Positions 46,624 through 58,600 of a stretch of DNA of 64,000 nucleotides are shown one piece after another. Position 1 is the first letter of the stretch; every line of letters begins with the position of its first letter. A model generated the notes under the pieces. The model was not told the DNA's origin. It worked only from the letters and a program-made list of their open reading frames with translations, and did no database searches. This stretch comes from Macrostomum lignano (taxonomy: Eukaryota): assembly GCA_002269645.1 (NCBI GenBank), contig NIVC01000409.1:1-64000 (forward strand), written 5' to 3'. A program made the position numbers and the translations under genes.

Positions 46624-48458
46624 ATTCAACAGATGCTGCTGAGACGAAGTTGAACTATTTGATGGCGGATCGCCGCAGCCGCTAACCGACGGCTCGCTAA
46701 AGTAGGAATTTAATGGATCGTCATCAACTTGAGAAAGGGCTTGGCCCACCAGACTGCCGCCGAATCCGCCAACGGAGTTGCTCAAGCCGACAGTTCCGCC
46801 ACCTCCGCCAGCCGTGGATGCAACGCCCGGTGTAGTGGACGTCACCTGTTCGGTTTTGCTCTGCGACTCCTTGCTCCGGAGCATGGCCTGCGTGTTGAGA
46901 ATTAGAAAATTGAAATATAGTCATAGTGCACGTGTTTCATAGATCTACTAATTTCTCTGTATGCTTATTAACGTAATGATCTGCGGCATCTCAATGACAT
47001 CTCAATTGACATCGCAACTGAAAATATGGGAGGCTGGCCCAGCAGTGGAGGATTTGGGAGGCTGGCCTAGCAACTGGGGATCTGAGAGGCTGGCCTAGCA
47101 ACTGGGGATTTGGGAGGCTGGCCTAGCAACTGGGGATCTGGGAGGCTGGCCCAGCAACTGGGGATCTAAGAGTCTGGCGGCCCAGCAACAGGAGATCTGG
47201 GAGGCTGGCCTAGCAACTGAGGATCTGAGAGGCTGGCCTAGCAACTGGGGATCTGGGAGGCTGGCCCAGCACATGAGGATCTTGGAAGCTGGCCTAGCAA
47301 CTGGGGATCTGGGAGGCTGGCCCAGCAACTGGGGATCTGGGAGGCTGGCCCAGCAACTGGGGATCTAAGAGTCTGGCGGCCCAGCAACAGGAGATCTGGG
47401 AGGCTGGCCTAGCAACTGGGGATCTGAGAGGCTGGCCTAGCAACTGGGGATCTGGGAGGCTGGCCCAGCACATGAGGATCTTGGAAGCTGGCCTAGCAAC
47501 TGGGGATCTGGGAGGCTGGCCCAGCAACTGGGGATCTGGGAGGCTGGCCCAGCAACTGGGAATCTGGGAGGCTCGCCCAGCAACTGGGAATCTGGGAGGC
47601 TGGCCCAGCAACTGGGAATCTGGGAGGCTCGCCCAGCAACTGGGAATCTGGGAGGCTCGCCCAGAAACTGGGGATCTGGGAGGCTGGCCCAGCAACTGGG
47701 AATCTGGGAGGCTCGCCCAGAAACTGGGGATCTGGGAGGCTGGCCCAGCACATGAGGATCTTGGAAGCTGGCCCAGCAACTGGGGATCTGGGAAGCTGGC
47801 AGTTCAGCAATGGAAGATCTGGGAGGCTGGCCCAGCAATGGAGAATCTGGGAGGCATAATGTAATAATTACACGTTGGAATTGCTAATGCATAAAAGAAG
47901 GGTTTCTCTGAAAAAGCGCTGCTTTATCGAAGAATTAATAAATAAAGGGGAAGCCTCATAATTCTGATTAAACACGGGGCAGGTGTCTAACAATATGAGG
48001 ATTGAGGCGATAAGTGGCGAAGCGTGCACTCAGCCCGGGGAGAAAAAAAGGGATTTCAGTGAGAAGAGGGAGCATGGAAAGAGGAAGAAAAGGCAGATGG
48101 GATGAGAGAAAGCGCGTTGAGGAACAGAGGCAAACATCAGGTGAATAGGCGGGAAAAGATAGGGACCCAGGCCGGAGCCACACCCAATCTCAAATTAAAG
48201 CAAGACAGCAGGATGCTTGCCTCTTTTTTCTGCTATAGAACATCCCATACAGTTAAAATAGGAAAAAAATATAAATTTAATCTGTAATTTCCCCTATTAA
48301 TCAACGCGATTGAAGCGCTATCTTTCAGTATGAAAAACTAATAATAATAATAACCTGAAAAGACTGCCGGTTCTTAGTGACGGCGCTAGAGTGTGCGCTG
48401 GGGCCGTTTAGCAGCTCCATCAATAGGGAGCCTTGCGACTGGCGCTTCTGCTGTTGTT

Positions 48459-48491
<33 letters not shown>

Positions 48492-49026
48492 TAGCTGACA
48501 ACTGAGCCATAGGCTGCTGATTATTACTATACGGCTTTATCTCATCACCAGGGGCTCCGCCGTCTCCTGTAGTGCTCTGCGGAATTTCTGGCGGGCTTCT
48601 GCCCGGCCCAGGCTCCGGCGAGCGAGCGTTCGCGTCTGGACTGCGGGCTACAACAGCGGCCGAGGCGGCTGATGATGAGGCTACAGCCTGCTGATAATCT
48701 GGCGGATTAGGATACAGCACAGGGCTGGCCAGAGTACTAGTTGAGGCACCGGGGCCCGTCAGCATCCTGCGCTCGACATTGGCTTCGCTAAGTTGGCTCA
48801 TAAATTTATCGTGGCCGCCGAAATGCGGCTTCCAGATGTCCATCATTTTGCTGCGTATTTCTGCCGCCTTCTCCGGATTTGGTTTGCTGAAATTGCGATA
48901 GAGAACGCCCAGCTTGATCAGCTCCTGGCGGTCCCGCTCGTCCAGGTTCGCCAGCACCTGCGGTAGTTGGGATTAATTCTTAGGCATTGAAGGAACTTTC
49001 AGGTCGCAATTGGAATCACTCAGAGA

Positions 49027-49073
<47 letters not shown>

Positions 49074-49138
49074 GTGTCTGTCTGCCTGTCTGTCTGTCTG
49101 TCTGTCTGTGTGTCTGTCTGTCAGTCTGTCTGTCTGTG

Positions 49139-49201
<63 letters not shown>

Positions 49202-49266
49202 GTGTCTGTCTGCCTGTCTGTCTGTCTGTCTGTCTGTGTGTCTGTCTGTCAGTCTGTCTGTCTGTG

Positions 49267-49325
<59 letters not shown>

Positions 49326-49356
49326 ATGTCTGTGTGTCTGTCTGTCTGTTTGTCTG

Positions 49357-49427
<71 letters not shown>

Positions 49428-49432
49428 GTGTG

Positions 49433-49507
<75 letters not shown>

Positions 49508-49538
49508 GTGTCTGTCTGTCTTTCTGTCTGTCTGTCTG

Positions 49539-49597
<59 letters not shown>

Positions 49598-49612
49598 GTG
49601 TCTGTCTGTCTA

Positions 49613-49663
<51 letters not shown>

Positions 49664-52600
49664 TTCTGACTGTCTATCGGTCTATTTATCTGTCTAACTG
49701 TCTTTTTGTCTATCTGTCTACATGTCTATCTATCGATTCAATAATTATCATCCTCTGTTGCATATTATATTTCTCATCTATCCTATATACTAAATCTTAT
49801 CTAAATTTTCAAGTCACAAATCAAACAGATCATAAAAAATACGCAAACCTGTTGTTTAATATCGTTTCTCTGCGGTAGTGGCAGTTGCTGCTGCTGCTGC
49901 TGCTGCTGCTGTTGCTGCTGTTGAGAGTTTGGACTCATCAGTACGTTAGACAGATAACTATGCTGCTGCTGCTGCTGCTGATGATGATGATGATGTTGCA
50001 CAGCTGATCGATTGAACATACTAGGCGCTGTTCCAGGTAATCTGTAACTAGTGTGCTGTTGCTGTTGCTGTTGCGACGAAGGCGGTGGCGGCGGCGGCGG
50101 CGGCGGCTGCTGCTGCTGAACTGTTGAAGAAGCAGCTGTTGCAGAATTAGGTTCGGAATTGTATCGAATATTGCTACTAGGGGTGCCAGGACTAGGACTA
50201 GTGAAAGTGGGAGAACGCATCTGCTGCTGCTGCTGCTGCTGGGGCTGCCTTTGCGCCGACAGGCCTAAAAAATCTTCTAGGTCCTGCGGCAGAGGCTGAT
50301 AGTTCGACTGGACGGCGCTATTCAGGGACGCAGTCGAGGTTGCGGTGGATGCCGCGCTAGCCTGAGGAGCACCAGTTGTTGATGCAGCTGAACTGGCCGA
50401 AGATGCGGCCGCCGCTGCAGCCGATGGCGCGGCGGTTGCGGCGTACATGCGTTTCAACAGGCTGGCTGAAGCGGTGCCCTTCAGATCGCTTTCGGCCTCG
50501 CAGTCCCTGCGGATGAAATCGAGAATGGCCATTGTCACTCCCATTGTCACTCAATTTGCCACTCCCCTCAGTCTCACTCTCCCACTGTCACTCTCAATTT
50601 GTCACTCCCCTCAGTCTCACTCTCCCACTGTCACTCTCAATTTGTCACTCCCCTCAGTCTCACTCTCCCATTGTAACTCTTAATTTGCCACTCCTCTCAG
50701 TCTCACTCTCCCACTGTCACTCTCAATTTGTCACTCCCCTCAGTCTCACTCTCTCATTGTAACTCTTAATTTGCCACTCCTCTCAGTCTCACTCTCCCAC
50801 TGTCACTCTCAATTTGTCACTCCCCTCAGTCTCACTCTCGCATTGTCACTCTCCTATTGTAAATTGCCCCCCATTGTCACTCTTTCATTTTTAAATTTCA
50901 ATACCCCTAATTAGGATATTTTCACTCGCCATCAAAGTGATTTATGACTACTCACCTGACAATACAATGAGTCGATAAGAAAATCTTATTATCCGGCCAC
51001 AACTTGCTGCGCGTCTTCACGAAGGCGTATTGGCCTGCCGCAACCTGGCAGCGATAGACTGCGCTAGATGGGTCCTCTCTGTTGGACCCTGCAGAGTGTG
51101 GAGAGAATAGCGGCATACGCTAAATAACTTTATTGACACTAGATACTACCATTAGGACTTTTAGCTACTGAACATTATCACCTATATATGGTCTGTAAGA
51201 CTACCTGGCTAATAAACTTTAGCAGAGAAAATTTCAATTTATAATTGTTTCCGGATGCGCAGAATGCCAATAGGAAATTCTAAGTTTCTAACTGCGCCAG
51301 GCTTGGAAAATCTGACATTTTTAACTACTGCCAATATTAATAAATCTCTGTCTATCCCTGTAGCACTAGGCTTGAACCCGCCTCACATTTTGCTTGACTA
51401 AATGGTAACTTTCGGATTTGTTTGATAATGTCATACATCTGGTGCCTAGTTCTCCGTCTCTCGCCTAGCCTCTTTTTTAACGTCTGTCTCCTCACGTCTC
51501 TCGCTTTCTAGAGTCTCTCTTCTCACGTCTCACGTCTCTCTCCTTCTCGAGTCTCTCTTCTCACGTCTCACGTCTCTCTCCTTCTCGAGTCTCTCTTTTC
51601 ACGTCCCACGTTTCTCTCCTTCTAGAGTCTCTCTTCTCACGTCTCTCTCCTTCTCGAGTCTCTCTTCTCACATCTCACGTCTCTCTCCTTCTAGAGTCTC
51701 TCTTCTCACGTCCCACGTCTCTCTCCTTCTCGAGTCTCTCTTCTCACGTCTCACGTCTCTCTCCTTCTAGAGTCTCTCTTCTCACGTCCCACGTCTCTCT
51801 CCTTCTCGAGTCTCTCTTCTCACGTTCTACGTCTCTCTCCTTCTCGAGTCTCTCTTCTCAAGTCTCACGTCTCTCTCCTTCTAGAGTCTCTCTTCTCACG
51901 TCCCACGTCTCTCTCCTTCTCGAGTCTCTCTTCTCACGTCTCTCTCCTTCTAGAGTCTCTCTTCTCACGTCTCTCTCCTTCTCGAGTCTCTCTTCTCACG
52001 TCTCACGTCTCTCTCCTTATAGAGTCTCTCTTCTCACGTCTCACGTCTCTCTCCTAGCGTCTGTCTCCTCATGTCTCTTCTTCTCGAGTCTCTTCTCAAG
52101 TTCTCACGTCTCACGTCTCTCTCCTTCTCACGTCTCTCTTCTCACGTTTCGCGTCTCCCTCCTAGCATCCGTCTCCTTACATATTTCTTCTTCTCGAGTC
52201 TCTCTTCTCACGTCTCTCGTAGCGTATGTCTTCTTCTCATGTCTCACGTAACACGCCTCTTTCCTTCTCGAGTCTCTCTTCTCACGTTTCATGTCTCAGG
52301 TCTCACGTCTCCCTCCTTCTCCCATCTCTCATTGCGTCTCTCTTCTCAAGTCTCACAACTTACCCTCGCCTTATTCTCACGTCTCTCTTTTTAAGTCCCT
52401 TATCTCATATCATTCTCAGGCATCACGTCTCTTCCGGTTCTCATAAATTACGTATCCGTCATTCTCATCTCACAGCTCTCATCGGTCTCTTCTCTCAGTT
52501 GCATCTAATCTTCGTCTAATATTGTCAAACGTATCCTTTAAAACCTGCAGACTCCCAGATGCGATACAAACAAATGAATAATAATTATTTATAACACCAA

Positions 52601-55600
52601 AAAAGGCAATAACTCACCAATCTCGTCAACATGACTCAGCCAAATATGCCGATCAGTGGCAAGCACCAAATCCGACCAATTCTTATTGACAAAGAAACTC
52701 GATGTTATGCCTCGCTGACTGGACAAATTCGCGCTGGAAAATTATTATAAATATTGTTTTGTTTGTTTACATTTACTAATTTATAATTACTACTAATACT
52801 AATATTATTATTAATGATCCGAGCTTTTATAAGCTAACAAGAATAAACCTAAACTATAACAAACGCTGAAATATTTGATATGCACACAAACTAGCAAATA
52901 CAACTCAGATATATATATATATAATATCTATCTTTTCTTTCTAGCTTTCACGTTCTAAAAGCAAAAGATTGGCGCATAAAGCTCTCCCTCTCCGCCTCCC
53001 CCCACCCCCACCGTCACAACCCTTACCCTCCGCCAACGGCAAAGACACGCTACGGGGTGAGGTGGTTGGGCGCAAAAGCAGAAAAGCAAATGGGCTGGCC
53101 TAGCTGGCTTGCATTGCATGCAATGCGTGCCTTGTGTGCGTGCATGCTAGGCCTGACTAGACTACTATGTAAGCTGCCTATTGCTAGCACTGGCTTTGGC
53201 CAAGCCGCAAACCCCAGGCCTCCCTCATCCTGGCCTCCCCCACACCCCACATCGCGCCAACCCCCCGCCCCCGCCCAACCAAAAAACAGAGCCCCACGCC
53301 GCCTCTGGCTGTTGCAGACTTTTAGCACAAGCGAAACACGACGTGCTGCAACAACCCAACAACCCAACCCCTTTTTTTGGCTATTATACACTGCTGCTGC
53401 CGCTTCTGCGTTTAGACAGAGGCAGGCAGACAGACAGACAGACAGACACAGACATATTTGCCTCTAAAAACTACTTAGGCAACTGAGAGGCAAGGCGAGG
53501 CCTAGGCGACGAGGGTAGAGAGGGTAAGAGAGAGGGGTAAAGAGAGAGGTTGGCGACGCCAATTTTAAGGACACGACACGCGAGAGGGAGAGAAGAAGAG
53601 AGAGAGGAGGGGCGAGAGTCGTACATATACAGTAAGTATTAGATAGAACTCTGCCATGGGGTAAGCGGGAAGGACAGAAGAAGCCCCCCCCCCGTCCGCA
53701 AGACATACATTTCCCGCTACTGCCGCTGCACTGCACTAAGCCCCCTCTCTCCCTCCCTCTCTACGAAATTGTAGTTTCCCTGTACGCCCATGCTGTGTAG
53801 CAAATAAGAAACCTGCGGAGATATAGCTAGTCAGAGAGGAGAGTTGAGAACTTAGTGTCTAAAATGACAGGGACAGAATAGACTGGCAGAAATAGGAACA
53901 CAAATATGAATTGAAAAAAGTGGCTAACACACAGGCTAATGGGTAAAGAAAACAGTAGTTTAATACTCAACGTACATTAAGGTTTGCCAGCAATAAAAAA
54001 GCAGATGTAGCAAATGAAAGGCAAATGGACTCAGTAAGTAGAGAATATACTCCAGTCTCTAAATGAGATATCAAGGCTAATACGAGGCACACTAAGATTT
54101 AATTCCGATGTGGCTCAAAAGTTTAAAATACACTTAATTGAAAATGTGTTCATGTGTGAGTTCATAAGTGAGTTTATGAGTGAGTTTATGAGTGAGTTGA
54201 TGACTGAGTTGATGACTGAGTTGATGACTGACTTTATGAGTGAGCTTTAGAGTGAGTTCATGAGTGAGTTCATGAGTGAGATCATGAGTGAGATCATGGG
54301 TGAGTTCATGAGTGAGTTCATGAGTGAGTTCATGAGTGAGTTCATGAGTGAGATCATGAGTGAGATCATGAGTGAGATCATGAGTGAGTTCATGAGTGAG
54401 ATCATGGGTGAGTTCATGAGTGAGTTCATGAGTGAGTTCATGAGTGAGTTTATGAGTGAGATCATGAGTGAGATCATGAGTGAGATCATGAGTGAGATCA
54501 CGAGTGAGATCATGAGTGAGTTCATGAGTGAGATCATGAGTGAGATCACGAGTGAGATCATGAGTGAGTTCATGAGTGAGATCATGAGTGAGATCATGAG
54601 TGAGATTATGAGTGAGTTCATGAGTGAGATCATGAGTGAATCTGTGAGTTCACGAGTGAGCCCATGAGTGAGTTCATGAGCATTGAGCGAGATACCGCTA
54701 TGAACGAAGCCATCCTATCCTAGACGCACGTGACTTCGAAGTGGATGTTTAAATTTTCATTATTTTCTAGAAAAAAAACTTTACGAAGGGTTATTGAGAG
54801 CAGCCAGACCTTTTAAAAAACACTAGAGCATTTACTTCTCTAAATGAGCTGAGCACGCTAACTTGGTATATAAGTTGTCAAACAAGTTGCACACACTCCA
54901 TACGGCTCTAGCTCTGCCCAGTCCAGGTCACATACAATTTGGCGAACGGGCATAAAAATTGCAAATATTAATTTTGGTTTGCAGGGGGCACCGTCATTTT
55001 ATAAACATAATTTCTGCTGGTCTAGCAAATATACAGAACGCTACCCAACCTTACAGCCCTAATAGTCAATTCATTTTGACTATGAACCATGAGATTAGTT
55101 ATGGTCAGCACGGCGGTATATATACTCTAGTGGTATTCATTGTTGCATTATTCATTCCTGCATGCAACCAAAACAATAAAAAACTTTTATACTTTGCATC
55201 GAGGATATTAGCAATATCAGTGTATGCATGCATAGTAGTCTTACTAATACAATATAGGAGGCCAAATCCACTGTCCATGTCTCCATATTCTACCCCTATA
55301 TCTACTGTCTATTTCTCACTATTCTACCCCTCTATCTACTGTCTATTTCTCACTATTCTACCCCTCTATCTACTGTATATTTCTTACTATTCTACCCCTA
55401 TATCTACTGTCTGCTATTTTTCACTATTCTACCCCTCTATCTACTGTCTATTTCTTACTATTCTACCCCTCTATCTACTGTCTATTTCTTACTATTCTAC
55501 CCCTCTATCTACTGTCTGCTATTTTTCACTATTCTACCCCTCTATCTACTGTCTATTTCTTACTATTCTACCCCTCTATCTACTGTCTGCTATTTTTCAC

Positions 55601-58600
55601 TATTCTACCCCTCTATCTACTGTCTATTTCTTACTATTCTACCCCTCTATCTACTGTCTATTTCTTACTATTCTACCCCTCTATCTACTGTCTATTTCTT
55701 ACTATTCTACCCCTCTATCTACTGTCTATTTCTTACTATTCTACCCCTCTATCTACTGTCTATTTCTCACTATTCTACCCCTCTATCTACTGTCTATTTC
55801 TTACTATTCTACCCCTCTATCTACTGTCTATTTCTTACTATTCTACCCCTCTATCTACTGTCTGCTATTTTTCACTATTCTACCCCTCTATCTACTGTCT
55901 ATTTCTTACTATTCTATCCCTCTATCTACTGTCTATTTCTTACTATTCTACCCCTCTATCTACTGTCTATTTCTCACTATTTTACCCCTCTATCTACTGT
56001 CTATTTCTTACTATTCTACCCCTCTATCTACTGTCTGCTATTTTTCACTATTCTACCCCTCTATCTACTGTCTGCTATTTTTCACTATTCTACCCCTCTA
56101 TCTACTGTCTATTTCTCACTATTCTACCCCTCTATCTACTGTATATTTCTTACTATTCTATCCCTCTATCTACTGTCTATTTCTTACTATTCTACCCCTC
56201 TTTCTACTGTCTATTTCTTACTATTCTACCCCTCTATCTACTGTCTGCTATTTTTCACTATTCTACCCCTCTATCTACTGTCTATTTCTTACTATTCTAC
56301 CCCTCTATCTACTGTCTATTTCTTACTATTCTACCCCTCTGTCTACTGTCTGCTATTTTTCACTATTCTACCCCTCTATCTACTGTCTATTTCTTACTAT
56401 TCTACCCCTCTATCTACTGTCTGCTATTTTTCACTATTCTACCCCTCTATCTACTGTCTATTTCTTACTATTCTATCCCTCTATCTACTGTCTATTTCTT
56501 ACTATTCTACCCCTCTATCTACTGTCTATTTCTCACTATTTTACCCCTCTATCTACTGTCTATTTCTTACTATTCTACCCCTCTATCTACTGTCTGCTAT
56601 TTTTCACTATTCTACCCCTCTATCTACTGTCTGCTATTTTTCACTATTCTACCCCTCTATCTACTGTCTATTTCTCACTATTCTACCCCTCTATCTACTG
56701 TATATTTCTTACTATTCTATCCCTCTATCTACTATCTATTTCTTACTATTCTACCCCTCTTTCTACTGTCTATTTTTTACTATTCTACCCCTCTATCTAC
56801 TGTCTGCTATGTCTCACTATTCTACCCCTCTATCTACTGTCTGCTATTTTTCACTATTCTACCCCTTTATCTACTGTCTACCATGTTTCACTATTCTACC
56901 CCTCTATCTACTGTCTACCATGTCTCACTATTCTACTCCTCTATCTACTGTCTACCATGTCTCACTATTCTACCCCTTTATCTACTGTCTACCATGTCTC
57001 ACTATTCTACCCCTCTATCTACTGTCTGCTATGTCTCACTATTCTACTCCTCTATCTACTGTCTACCATGTCTCACTATTCTACCCCTCTATCTACTGTC
57101 TACCATGTCTCACTATTCTACCCCTTTATCTACTGTCTTCCATGTCTCACTATTCTACCCCTCTATCTACTGTTTATTTCTGACTGGATTATTCAGACTG
57201 GATGACTGCATTAGTTGATGCAGTGTCTAATTACAAAAAAATATTTCCAGTTAAATTTTAAGAACGCACCTGCAAGAAGCGGACAGTACGCACTGCTCCG
57301 TTAACGAATAGGAATGCCTACAGGTGATATGGTCCATCACTGTCTCGTTCAATGCTCCGCTGCCGCCTCCTCTTTTAGTAGCAGTATTATTATTATTATT
57401 GTTGTTTCTATTGATATAATTGCCGCAGACAGTTCCAGGAAATGGGTGCTCCAGTCCGGCCACACCAGACGAACTTCGAACGCTACTAACAGGAGACACG
57501 GATTGTGGAGCGGACTGGTGCAGCTGGTGCAAATCCTCGCTTTTAATGGAAGATTCGCCTATAGATAGGGGAGCATTGTGCGGCAACGATTGAGGCTGCT
57601 GCTGCTGCTGCTGCGGTGAAGCAGATGACGGACGGATCACCGCAGTCAGAACAGAGTCTGTCGGTTCACTTTTAACCGACATAGGATTAGGAACGGAAGG
57701 CGAATGAAGGCTAGTAGTCGGCGTTTCCGCTTGTGCCGTTGTGGCAGCAACAATGCCACACTGTTGCTGCTGCTGTTGCTGACTAGAAGACGCTAAAGAA
57801 CTTGGCGTCGATACGGCAACCACCGTCTTTGGTTTCAGCAGGCAGACCAGAGACGACTGGGGAGCACCTGGATAGAGCGATTAATAAATAATTACAGCGA
57901 TAATTTGAGATCTTTTATTATCTGCGACTCTGGTGGGCGCTTTTAATATGATTCTGGGGCCGTAGACTATTGCGCGGAGCACCTGAAAGCTGCGTACGGC
58001 TGTTCAGTCCAAGGATTCTAGAGTCACCGCACACACCTTCAATGCTGGCACCCATTTTACAGCTGGGTGAACTGAAGCAATGCAGAGTTAAGTGTCTTGC
58101 TCAAGGACACAAATTGTTCCGATTGGTTCAGGAATCGAACCCCCGACCTTCAAGTCGTGAGTCCGACGCTCTGACCACTAGGCCACAACCCCCACTAGGT
58201 TACAACCCCTACTAGGCCACAACCCCCTACTAGGCCACAACCCCCTACTAGGCTACAACCCCCCACAAGGCTACAAACCCCCACTAGGCTACAACCCCCC
58301 ACTAGGTTACAACCCCCACTAGGCTACAACCCCCCACTAGGTTACAACCCCACAAGGCTACAACCCCCCACTAGGCTACAACCCCCCACTAGGCTACAGC
58401 CCCCACAAGGCTACAAACCCCACTAGGCTACAACCCCCACAAGGCTACAAACCCCACTAGGCTACAACCCTCCACTAGGCTACAACCCCCACTAGGCTAC
58501 AACCCCCCACTAGGCTACAACCCCCACAAGGCTACAAACCCCACTAGGCTACAACCCTCCACTAGGCTACAACCCCCCACTAGGCTACAACCCCCCACTA

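Noticed and set aside
58120-58190. tRNA gene
   Set aside because: A and B boxes are present, but they run into a CORE-like body; this is a SINE head, not a tRNA gene.
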